Assembly (NCBI GenBank): GCA_031426555.1
Contig: JANPLN010000025.1
Location: 32,001 to 96,000, forward strand
DNA length: 64,000 nt
Reading direction: 5' to 3'
Origin: Bdellovibrionales bacterium
Lineage (GTDB): Bacteria > Bdellovibrionota > Bdellovibrionia > Bdellovibrionales > JAGQZY01
The notes under the pieces are model-generated. The model made no database searches, was not told the DNA's origin, and saw only the letters and a list, made by a program, of their open reading frames with translations. Position 1 is the first letter of the stretch. The number at the start of each line of letters is the position of its first letter. Positions 19,727 through 28,207 of this stretch are shown one piece after another. A program made the translations under genes and the position numbers.

Positions 19727-22700
19727 TGGACCACCGCCGGCATCCAAACCCGCATCAGTGAAAGCAGCTTTTCTAAATCAACAGGCTTTGAAATATAGTC
19801 ATCTGTCCCAGCTTCGATACACTTTTCTTGATCGTCTTTCATTGCGTTGGCTGTCACTGCTATGATCGGCAGATTGGCAAAGCGCTTTTGTTTTCTAATT
19901 TGTCTGGTGGCTTCATACCCGTCCATCTCTGGCATCATTATATCCATTAAAACTAGATCAATGAGTGGATCGAGTTCAAGTCTTTCAAGGGCTTCGTGTC
20001 CATTTCTACCGACTAGGACTTTAGCGCCTTTTTGCTCGAGGGCGCTCGTAAGGGCAAAGATATTCCTGATGTCATCGTCCACAAGCAGAATCTTTTTACC
20101 TTCAAAAATCTGTTCGCGACTTCGTGCCGACTTAATCATCTGGCGTTGAACTTGCGACAACTTTGCTTCATCGCGGTGTAAAACGAGAATAATTTCATCC
20201 AAAAGACGTTCAGCGGATTTTGCTGTCTTAATGATTAAGTTGTAGGGAACATTTTTTAAAATCTCCTCCAAGGCTGACGATATTTTAGATTCGGAAAAAA
20301 CGATAAGCGTGGGAGGAGATCCCATTTTTTCACCCCTCATCAGCTCCAACAGTTCCAGACAGGACTCACTTTGTGAGGTGATATCAATAACAACGCAATC
20401 AAATAATTTTTCTTTAAGTTGTGTAATGGCCTCGAGGCCTGTGCTCACCTGAATGATTTCTGAGTCCCCATCACCGATAAGTTCTGAAATCATCTTCCAT
20501 TGATTTTCATCAGCTCCAGAAACCAGGATCCGACTGTTTTTTTGCGCCATCTTTGTTTCGAAATATTTGAAAGAGTCTTTAATTGCTTCGCGCTCGACCG
20601 GCTTTTTAAGAAATCCGATGGCGCCCATTTGCAGTGAGGACTTAGCGTAATCGACGATGGAAATGACTTGAACTGGAATATGTCGCGTCTTCGGATTTTC
20701 TTTGAGTCGATCTAAAACCGTGAGCCCAAGATGATCTGGCAGCTTCATATCGAGAAAAATCGCAGACGGAAGGTATTGATTCGCCATTTCGTAACCTTCA
20801 TCCGCACCTTGCCCAATAATGCATTTAAATTTCATCTCGTGCGCGAGATCAAAAACGATCTTCGCAAATTCGATATCATCCTCAATCACTAAAACGATCT
20901 GATCTCCGATATTAATACTGCCACGATCATCTTCGAAAGGAAGGGGTACGATATTTCCAAAATATTTAGTATTCGTTTCGCCATTTCTAAAAACGGGCTC
21001 AGGGATGTGTTCGTTATAACCAATCAGCTCATTGAAAGACTCGGGAAGAATGAGCGTAAAGCAACTTCCCTGGCCTGTAGCACTTTCAACCAAAATACTT
21101 CCACCCAAAAGTTTTGCAAGATCTCGGGATATGGAAAGTCCCAAACCCGTACCTCCGTACTTACGATTTGTCGTCCCATCAGCCTGCCTAAAAGCTTCAA
21201 AAATTATCGACTGCTGTTCTTTTGGAATTCCAATGCCTGTATCTTTGACCTCAAATGCAATCAACCCTTTCGAATATCTGTAGATTCTGATTTTGACAGA
21301 ACCATGCTCGGTAAATTTTAAAGCATTTGAAATGAGATTTTTTAAAATTTGATCCAAGCGCTGACTGTCGGTAAAAAACGCCTGTGGCATGTTGGCTTCG
21401 TGCATGACTTCGAAAACTAGGTTTCTTTGTTGAGCGTTTGATTGAAACGTTTGTTTTAAACTCTCGATGACCTTAAAAACAGGAACTTTTTCCACCCGAA
21501 TATCTAGTTTCCCTGCTTCTACTTTTGAAAGATCCAAAATATCATTAATCAGATTTAGCAGATCGTTGCCTGATGCATAGATAGATGTGGCATATTGAAT
21601 CTGATCGCTTGTCAAATTGGCTTTGTTGTTTTCCATAAGCAGTTTAGCCAAAATTAACGAACTGTTCAGCGGAGTTCGTAGTTCATGGGACATATTAGCT
21701 AAAAATTCTGTTTTATACTGACTGGCGCGTTGGACCTCGTTGGCCTTTTCTTCCAAAAGCACTTGAGCTTTATTTAATGCCTCGTTTTGAATCTGCACCT
21801 TTTTACGAACCTCAGAGGTATTAATAGCAATTCCTATGTTTTCAGAAACATGGCTTAAAAAAGCTCTTTGATGCTCGGTAAATGGATGCAGTGATCCAAG
21901 TTCGATGATTCCAGTGACTTCGTTTTCGTAGAGAATGGGGCAGATCAGCAGTGACCGAGGAACCATTTCTCCGAGGGCCGATTCAATTTTATTAAAGTAG
22001 CTAGGTGGTATATCTTCGATCACTAAAGATCGCTTTTCTAGGGCGACCTGCCCGATGAGACCCTCTCCGAAGTCAATATATTTTTCAATTGTATCGCTTT
22101 TGGAAAGCGCATATCCACTCACACGCTGAAGTTTTTTTTCGTCAGAAACTAAATAAAATGCACCAATTTGGGCGTTCGTAAATGGCACCAAATGGCTCAA
22201 AATACTTTGACCCAGTCGAGAGATGATCTGCTCACCGCGCATTCGTTCAGAAAGCGCGATCTGGCCTTCTCGCAAATAATCCAGTTCGCGAAATTTTTCC
22301 CTGAGCGACGCCTCAGATTGTTTTCGTTCCGTAATATCCCGTTCGGTGGTTGCTATGCCGGTGAGTTTTCCCTTGTCATCGGTGAGCTTTGTGTTCGTCA
22401 GCCAGACGTCAATAATCCGGCCATCTTTGTGTTTTCGTTTTGTTTCTAAATTGATGACCAGCTCGCCGCGCTTCAGCGACGCCAGAAATCCGCGGGCTTC
22501 CTCCTGGTACTCTTCAGGAACTGTATCAACGATATTCATACTCAGGGCTTCGGCCTGGGAATAACCGTAAATAATTTCAGCGCCTCGGTTCCACGCCAAA
22601 ATATTTCCTTCTAAATCCTGAAAGGTGATTGCGTCGTTAGAATCCTGAATAACCGTCGCCATCCGGCGAAACTTTTCTAACGAGCCCATTCGCTCTGTAA

Positions 22701-23136
22701 TATCGCGCTCGGTCGTGGCGATTCCTGTCAACTTGCCCTGGTCATCAGTGAGTTTCGTATTAGTGAGCCAAACATCGATGATTCGGCCATCTTTGTGCTT
22801 GCGCTTGGTTTCTAAATTTGTAACAAGTTCGCCGCGCTTCAGGGACGCCAAAAATCCGCGGGCTTCCGCATGATACTCTTTGGGAACAGTATCAACAATA
22901 TTCATCGAGAGAGCTTCGGCCTCAGAATACCCATACATGATCTCCGCACCACGATTCCACGCTAAGATATTACCGTCTAAATTTTGAAACGTGATCGCGT
23001 CGTTGGAATCTTGAATAACCGTCGCCATTCGGCGAAAATTTCCCAGTGAACCCATTTTTTTTGCACTTGAACTTGGAGATTTTATTTTCGTTGAGTGCTT
23101 TTTGTTTTTTCGAATACGGATTGTCTTGGTCGCCAT
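19723..23136 (-). CDS. Soluble multi-sensor hybrid histidine kinase PAS-PAS-GAF-HisKA-HATPase-3xREC
   Basis: Two PAS/PAC repeats, GAF (GEGLIGQVA), MSHELRTPLN, three receiver domains, the middle one degenerate. Confidence 0.93.
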   Translation of the reverse strand: MATKTIRIRKNKKHSTKIKSPSSSAKKMGSLGNFRRMATVIQDSNDAITFQNLDGNILAWNRGAEIMYGYSEAEALSMNIVDTVPKEYHAEARGFLASLKRGELVTNLETKRKHKDGRIIDVWLTNTKLTDDQGKLTGIATTERDITERMGSLEKFRRMATVIQDSNDAITFQDLEGNILAWNRGAEIIYGYSQAEALSMNIVDTVPEEYQEEARGFLASLKRGELVINLETKRKHKDGRIIDVWLTNTKLTDDKGKLTGIATTERDITERKQSEASLREKFRELDYLREGQIALSERMRGEQIISRLGQSILSHLVPFTNAQIGAFYLVSDEKKLQRVSGYALSKSDTIEKYIDFGEGLIGQVALEKRSLVIEDIPPSYFNKIESALGEMVPRSLLICPILYENEVTGIIELGSLHPFTEHQRAFLSHVSENIGIAINTSEVRKKVQIQNEALNKAQVLLEEKANEVQRASQYKTEFLANMSHELRTPLNSSLILAKLLMENNKANLTSDQIQYATSIYASGNDLLNLINDILDLSKVEAGKLDIRVEKVPVFKVIESLKQTFQSNAQQRNLVFEVMHEANMPQAFFTDSQRLDQILKNLISNALKFTEHGSVKIRIYRYSKGLIAFEVKDTGIGIPKEQQSIIFEAFRQADGTTNRKYGGTGLGLSISRDLAKLLGGSILVESATGQGSCFTLILPESFNELIGYNEHIPEPVFRNGETNTKYFGNIVPLPFEDDRGSINIGDQIVLVIEDDIEFAKIVFDLAHEMKFKCIIGQGADEGYEMANQYLPSAIFLDMKLPDHLGLTVLDRLKENPKTRHIPVQVISIVDYAKSSLQMGAIGFLKKPVEREAIKDSFKYFETKMAQKNSRILVSGADENQWKMISELIGDGDSEIIQVSTGLEAITQLKEKLFDCVVIDITSQSESCLELLELMRGEKMGSPPTLIVFSESKISSALEEILKNVPYNLIIKTAKSAERLLDEIILVLHRDEAKLSQVQRQMIKSARSREQIFEGKKILLVDDDIRNIFALTSALEQKGAKVLVGRNGHEALERLELDPLIDLVLMDIMMPEMDGYEATRQIRKQKRFANLPIIAVTANAMKDDQEKCIEAGTDDYISKPVDLEKLLSLMRVWMPAVVQ
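22324..23055 (-). repeat. Intragenic tandem duplication, 2 x 366 bp (PAS domains)
   Basis: MGSL..FRRMATVIQDSNDAITFQ...ATTERDITER occurs twice, 122 codons apart. Confidence 0.9.
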
Positions 23137-23292
23137 GATAGTTCTCGATTCTGTATTCAGAACATGAAGATGGAACGAAGAGATGCTGAATCACCTTTCG
23201 CTTCGCTTTGGCTATGCCGATACAATAGTCATACACGCAATAGTAACGAACGTCAGTAAATAGAGCCGAGTGAGTCGGTGATCGACATTAAA

Positions 23293-23664
23293 TCAATGCA
23301 ACTTAAAGTTGTGTTCCACAGCTTGGACAATAGCTTTGATACTAAACGGTTTTTGTAAAACATCATTAACGTTCCTAGCTTGCCCTGTGATTTGGAGATC
23401 GTCTTCACCAGACATTAAAACAACAGGAATGTTTTTTAGCATTAAATTCTTTTTTTTAATATTAAGAAAACTTAATCCATCCATGACCGGCATCTGAAGA
23501 TCCAACAGAATCAGATCTGGAAGCACTTCATCGATGCCTAATCGTTTGAGAGCCTCCTCGCCGTTCGAACTGCAATCCACGTGGTAACCTTTTGATTCGA
23601 GGAGGAATCTCAGAAGGATTTGGATTTCGATGCTGTCATCAATAATCAGAACGTTTTTAATCAT
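23293..23664 (-). CDS. Single-domain response regulator
   Basis: VLIIDD, LLDLQMP, LQKPF. Confidence 0.9.
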   Translation of the reverse strand: MIKNVLIIDDSIEIQILLRFLLESKGYHVDCSSNGEEALKRLGIDEVLPDLILLDLQMPVMDGLSFLNIKKKNLMLKNIPVVLMSGEDDLQITGQARNVNDVLQKPFSIKAIVQAVEHNFKLH

Positions 23665-23751
23665 TTGTGATATGTAACATGCATGTAAAGTTTTATCACT
23701 TTAGTTTGGGGAAATTGAATTCTCTTCTCTGTGTCAAGAAAGTAGCCAGCG

Positions 23752-24891
23752 ATGCTCCATGAGTTTTTAGAAAAATACCGAAAAGAAATTTTATTGTTGA
23801 GCGAGGAAAAAACGCTCAAACTCGCCGGTATTCGCGGTGGTTCTGACCAACTCAAATTGGGTCTGCCTTTATTTTATGTTCAACTGATCAGAGTTCTTGA
23901 GCACAAGTTAAGTTCAAATCCACCAGAGGAGCTGCTCGTCGCCGCGGCTGAACACGGCAAAGAGTTTTTGCGCTTAGGATATTCTGTTTCCCATGTCGTG
24001 CACGCCTACGGAGCCATGTGCCAGGCCATCACCGAGCTTGCAACGATTAAGGGTGCGAATATTTCCTCCAGTGAATTTAACATTCTCAACGGCTGTCTTG
24101 ATGTGGCCATTGCGGCTGCTGTGTCTGAGTTTCAGTTTCGCAGCGTGGAAGCCAATGAGGCGCGCGAGGTTCAACACCTGGGATTTTTAGCCCACGAATT
24201 AAGAAACGCACTTTCAAGTGCCACTTTGGCACAGGAAATGATCAAAGCCGGGCTTGTGGGTACCGGCGGCAGCACGGCGGCTGTGCTTGAAGCAAATCTT
24301 TCGCGCATGCGACATTTGATTGATCGATCGTTGTCAGAAGTGCGAATGCGCGCCGACGTTGATCTTTTTGTAGAAAAATTTCGTCTGGTGGATCTGCTCG
24401 ATCAAATTCTAATCACAGCAAAAATCGATGCCGACAAAAAACAGCAGATTTTAACTTGCGAAGCCGATTGGAAAATCGAAATCGAAACCGACCGACAGTT
24501 TATTTTGTCAGCCATTGCCAATCTGATTCAAAACGCCGTCAAATACAGCAAGTCCGGCGGGAAAATTTACCTGAGAGCCAAAACCTCTACCGATCGAGTG
24601 TTGATTGAAATCGAAGACGCCTGCGGTGGAATTGAAGCTGGCAAAATTGATGCTCTTTTTAAACCCTATGTTAAATCCAGTGGAGATCGCAGTGGGCTGG
24701 GGCTGGGGCTCGCTATCACACAACGAGCCGTCTACCTCTGCCAAGGAAAAATTTCGGTCCACAACAATCCTGGTCACGGCTGCGCCATTACCATCGACAT
24801 TCCTCGTAAAATTGTTGTAGATACCAGCCAGAGGTCGAGTGTTCCTGGCGTTAAATCTGTGCAACCCGATTTTACCAAAAAACCTAAATAG
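23752..24891 (+). CDS. Soluble sensor histidine kinase
   Basis: LAHELRNAL, NLIQNAVKYS, EDACGGI, GLGLGL; helical N-terminal domain with HG...GY...VVH. Confidence 0.88.
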   Translation: MLHEFLEKYRKEILLLSEEKTLKLAGIRGGSDQLKLGLPLFYVQLIRVLEHKLSSNPPEELLVAAAEHGKEFLRLGYSVSHVVHAYGAMCQAITELATIKGANISSSEFNILNGCLDVAIAAAVSEFQFRSVEANEAREVQHLGFLAHELRNALSSATLAQEMIKAGLVGTGGSTAAVLEANLSRMRHLIDRSLSEVRMRADVDLFVEKFRLVDLLDQILITAKIDADKKQQILTCEADWKIEIETDRQFILSAIANLIQNAVKYSKSGGKIYLRAKTSTDRVLIEIEDACGGIEAGKIDALFKPYVKSSGDRSGLGLGLAITQRAVYLCQGKISVHNNPGHGCAITIDIPRKIVVDTSQRSSVPGVKSVQPDFTKKPK

Positions 24892-24904
24892 AAATGAAAA
24901 GCTT

Positions 24905-25522
24905 TTATTGAGCCTGCGGAATCTCCAGCCAAATTTCGTTGCGGCGTAAAAACCAAAGCTGAAAGGGTGAGTTAAAGCGCGCAAGCACCGGCTCACCCAA
25001 TGGCTTCACGCCGTTCTTTTTTAACGCCCCTAAAAACTTTGCTAATTTGTTTTGATAACGCTCCTCGGACCATGAACCCGAATAGGAGTAGACCGCCACC
25101 GTGCGCGCTGGAATGGAGCGAAGTTCCACTCGCGCATCATTGGGTGTGGGCAAAGTTTCTAAGGTATAAGTTTTTGGCATGGTAAATTGCACCAAATAGC
25201 CTGATGAAATTTTACTTTGACTCACCGGTGCCGTCATCGCGATTTTTTCGGAAGGAGCAGATGCTGATTGATTCACTGGGGCGGTCATGGCGATTTTTGT
25301 TTTGGATTTATTTCCGCCAAAAATATAATCCGCTAAAATGCGAAAGGCTTTGTTGCCTGCATCTTCAAAACTTGCATCCACCTTGGTCTCGGCCACCAAA
25401 ACGGCTCCGTAACGACGAACTTCGTAGTCTTCTGTCTTCGATACAACTTGGAACTCAGGTTCTTCGATCGCCATGGCAACTCCGCAAATAAAAACGCAAA
25501 AAGATACAATCACAAACTTCAC
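24905..25522 (-). CDS. SOUL family heme-binding protein
   Basis: EEP.FQV...YEVRRY, AFRILADYIFGGN, IAMTAPV (twice), LRRNEIW. Confidence 0.92.
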   Translation of the reverse strand: MKFVIVSFCVFICGVAMAIEEPEFQVVSKTEDYEVRRYGAVLVAETKVDASFEDAGNKAFRILADYIFGGNKSKTKIAMTAPVNQSASAPSEKIAMTAPVSQSKISSGYLVQFTMPKTYTLETLPTPNDARVELRSIPARTVAVYSYSGSWSEERYQNKLAKFLGALKKNGVKPLGEPVLARFNSPFQLWFLRRNEIWLEIPQAQ

Positions 25523-25615
25523 TTATTCTCCGATCTCTCAATCTCACGGGGGTTTCTTGCCTCGCAGTTTTAAAATTCAATTTCAGTTCAAAATATGAAC
25601 CACAAGTCAAAACGA

Positions 25616-25631
25616 AGCAATAGCAAAGCCA
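25616..25631 (-). promoter_or_regulatory. Putative sigma54 (-24/-12) promoter upstream of the SOUL gene
   Basis: Minus strand TGGCTT-TGCTA-TTGCT (GG-N10-GC). Confidence 0.5.
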
Positions 25632-25643
25632 GAGGCAAGCATC

Positions 25644-26189
25644 CTATTGTGAGACTTGATTCTTTCTTAAAAAAATCACTTCCACTTGATTTCTAATACT
25701 TGGCAGACCAGGCACTGTTCCCCCAGCGTCCACGATGTGAACTTCTTTAAATCCATATTCGGCAGCCAGCTTCCCCGACCAGGTTTTTGCTGCTGCCGTT
25801 TGCGGGTTGTCCCCAAGATCTCGAAAAGCGTAATACTGGGAGAGGTTCGTACCACCCATCCAGATTCCTGAAATGCCAATGATATTTTCGGATCCAAATT
25901 GTTGGATCATTTGTGCGTAGAGTTCTCTTCCCGTATAGACGCTGCGGATATGTCGACTTCCAAGGTTTAAGTACGCCTCAATAAATACAATCCCAGCATC
26001 GGTAAGGCTTGCCTCAAAAACGAAACCATAGGTTCTATCCACATAACGAAAAAAGTCTGGGTGTTTTTCGAACTCTTCCACTCCACGCACAACCGCTAGT
26101 GGAGTAAAAAGATTTATGCAACTCATCTTGCTGGATGCCTGCGCGGAAACCAAAAATGATCCAAGGAACCAGCTCATAATCATTGCCAT
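25644..26189 (-). CDS. Secreted hypothetical protein with a polymorphic-toxin-like C-terminal domain
   Basis: Signal peptide plus SCINLF; GI.G.W..GTNL...AAAKTWSGKLAAEYGF. Confidence 0.6.
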   Translation of the reverse strand: MAMIMSWFLGSFLVSAQASSKMSCINLFTPLAVVRGVEEFEKHPDFFRYVDRTYGFVFEASLTDAGIVFIEAYLNLGSRHIRSVYTGRELYAQMIQQFGSENIIGISGIWMGGTNLSQYYAFRDLGDNPQTAAAKTWSGKLAAEYGFKEVHIVDAGGTVPGLPSIRNQVEVIFLRKNQVSQ

Positions 26190-26201
26190 GGGCTGTTGTT
26201 A

Positions 26202-26217
26202 AGCAATTTACAAGCCA
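26202..26217 (-). promoter_or_regulatory. Putative sigma54 promoter
   Basis: Minus strand TGGCTT-GTAAA-TTGCT, 12 nt before the ATG at 26189. Confidence 0.55.
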
Positions 26218-26361
26218 CGAAGGCCCAGCCCTGCAGACTTAAGGTACTTTAATCCTAAAATAATGACAGACCTGCAAAAAAGATCGACAGGACAGGGTCT
26301 CTTTCTTCTTTTTGCTGCCAGTGGATAACTCGTTCATTCCTACAAGGTCGGTACTAAGCCC

Positions 26362-26841
26362 TTAAGGAGGAGGTTTTGTCCTTGGACTTCGAACGGCGTA
26401 AGGTACGATCCCGCTCACTTCACAGTCGTTCAGCAAAATGTAGTCCAACACACTCAAGAAATCTCGCCCACAGGTGACCACCCTTGAATAGGGCATCAAT
26501 ATCCAAACCCCCTTTCCCAACTTTTGAGAAATAACTCCGGTTAGGGATCGAATAAATCCTCTGTACAGCTGTCGATTAGTGATTTTAATACAAAAATGAA
26601 AATGATCTTTCTGCACACTTTCCTTATAAACTTTGACACCAAATCTTTTCGCATAAAAATGAAGAAGTTTACGGAGATGTTTTCGATGGGAATAAAGATT
26701 TGTGCTCTTTTTAGATTTCAAAACAAAATGCAACGGCTTACGACTATCTAAAACTCGCTCTGTTTTACGTTTTCCCTTTGCAGCAAGTGATCCACCAAAT
26801 TCTTTAACCGCTGGTTTAAAAAAACTCATTTGTTTGGCCAT
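26362..26841 (-). mobile_element. Y1 HUH transposase (IS200-like / REP-associated tyrosine transposase)
   Basis: PLHFVLK, HUH motif DHFHF, FIRSLTG, PYSRVV, catalytic helix DYILLN; 159 aa. Confidence 0.75.
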
Positions 26842-27116
26842 CTTTTTTTCTCCTAGAAAAAGAATATACACCAGTTTTTAAAATCCGATTTTTCCATAAA
26901 ATTAAAATTTTAATCTGCTTAGAGCAAATCTCAAACAAGGGGTTTAAAGCTCCCCACAGCTTTGCCCCGATGCGAAGTCAAATCTATCGAGACCGCATGG
27001 TGTGAAATCTTGGAAATCCTTATTAAGGTCGAATTAAAAACTCAAAATTCTCGTCAAGATCTGATATGGAACGTCAAAAAATAAATACTCGCCATTCAAA
27101 ATGCTATCCCCAGAAC

Positions 27117-27197
27117 TAATGATTTGAATCTCAAACAGTAATAATTTGAATCTCGAAAAGTAATGAATTGAACCTCGAAAACTAATGACTCGAATCC
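27117..27197. repeat. 22-bp tandem repeat, about 3.7 copies
   Basis: TAATGATTTGAATCTCAAACAG / TAATAATTTGAATCTCGAAAAG / TAATGAATTGAACCTCGAAAAC / TAATGACTCGAATCC. Confidence 0.85.
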
Positions 27198-27394
27198 AAG
27201 CTCGGCTGATCAGGAAGATCAGACGAAACGGGTTTAAAAGGGCAGCAGCCCTTTTCGTTCAGGATGAACTTATCCGCAAACTGGCTACTTTAGTCAGAAA
27301 GTTCCACGAACCACCCTGCTGGAGTAATTGAGCCGACCTTGATTGCCATTTTACTTAAATAAAACTACGTTGAATCCGTACTTTGGAGGTGCTC

Positions 27395-27739
27395 GTGGTT
27401 TGTCCTAAATGTTCTTCTGATGCCATTTATCCCGATGGCTCGTTGATGATCTGTCCGATGTGTTCCCACGAGTGGGTGCCGGGAGAAGCTTCATCACCTG
27501 CCGAAAATACTCCCGAAGACGCAACTGTGCGCGATGCCAATGGCCTTGCGCTCGAAAGTGATGATTCTGTGGTTCTCACCAAAGATCTTAAAATCAAAGG
27601 CTCCTCAACAACTTTAAAATCTGGTACCAAGGTCAAGTCCATCCGCTTGCAAGAGGATGTGGATGGCCATAATTTAAGCTGCCGCATCGATGGTGTGGGC
27701 TCCATCAATTTAAAGTCCGAATTTGTTAAAAAGGTCTAA
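27395..27739 (+). CDS. yjdM: Zinc-ribbon protein YjdM/PhnA family
   Basis: CPKC...CPMCSHEW, VRDANG..L..DSVVLTKDLKIKG, LKSEFVKK; GGAGG RBS before the GTG. Confidence 0.9.
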   Translation: MVCPKCSSDAIYPDGSLMICPMCSHEWVPGEASSPAENTPEDATVRDANGLALESDDSVVLTKDLKIKGSSTTLKSGTKVKSIRLQEDVDGHNLSCRIDGVGSINLKSEFVKKV

Positions 27740-27841
27740 TAAGTATAATTTTCACGCTGATTATTGAGCACCCTAAAACTTCTTCTGTGCCCGTTGCGAG
27801 TTCGGTGGATAATGAATATATCCTCAGCTTGGGGGCATTCT

Positions 27842-28207
27842 ATGAAACTTTTAATTCTAATAAGTCTTTTACTACCAACATTGCACGCGAAGGCCGATTG
27901 CAAAACTCAACTTGAAAAAATTATTGAAGGCGCAGAGCCCTTAATTCTTGGCAGCGACCTTGATCCCCGCTGCAAAGCCCTGGGCCTCAAGGGTGGAAAA
28001 CAAAATTGCAATCAGGCCACCGACGGAACAATTTGGGAGTTGAAAGCGTTGATGGAGCCCGTTCTCAATCGCGCGCGAAATCATTGCAAGCAAAGTGTAT
28101 GTTCAACCCAAAGGCAAATTTGCTCCGGTCTCCTCCGCAACGAAACCCGACTGGTTAAAGTCGGAATTTACGGGCTACTGGAAGACATCGAAGACGCCAA
28201 CTGGTAA
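27842..28207 (+). CDS. Secreted Cys-rich hypothetical protein
   Basis: MKLLILISLLLPTLHA signal peptide; six Cys. Confidence 0.6.
   Translation: MKLLILISLLLPTLHAKADCKTQLEKIIEGAEPLILGSDLDPRCKALGLKGGKQNCNQATDGTIWELKALMEPVLNRARNHCKQSVCSTQRQICSGLLRNETRLVKVGIYGLLEDIEDANW

Noticed and set aside
27117..27197. CRISPR array
   Set aside because: The repeats are head-to-tail with no unique spacers, and there are no cas genes in the window.
13540..27400. attL/attR direct repeat or prophage at tRNA-Leu
   Set aside because: By eye I found no second copy of the tRNA 3' end, no integrase and no phage structural genes.
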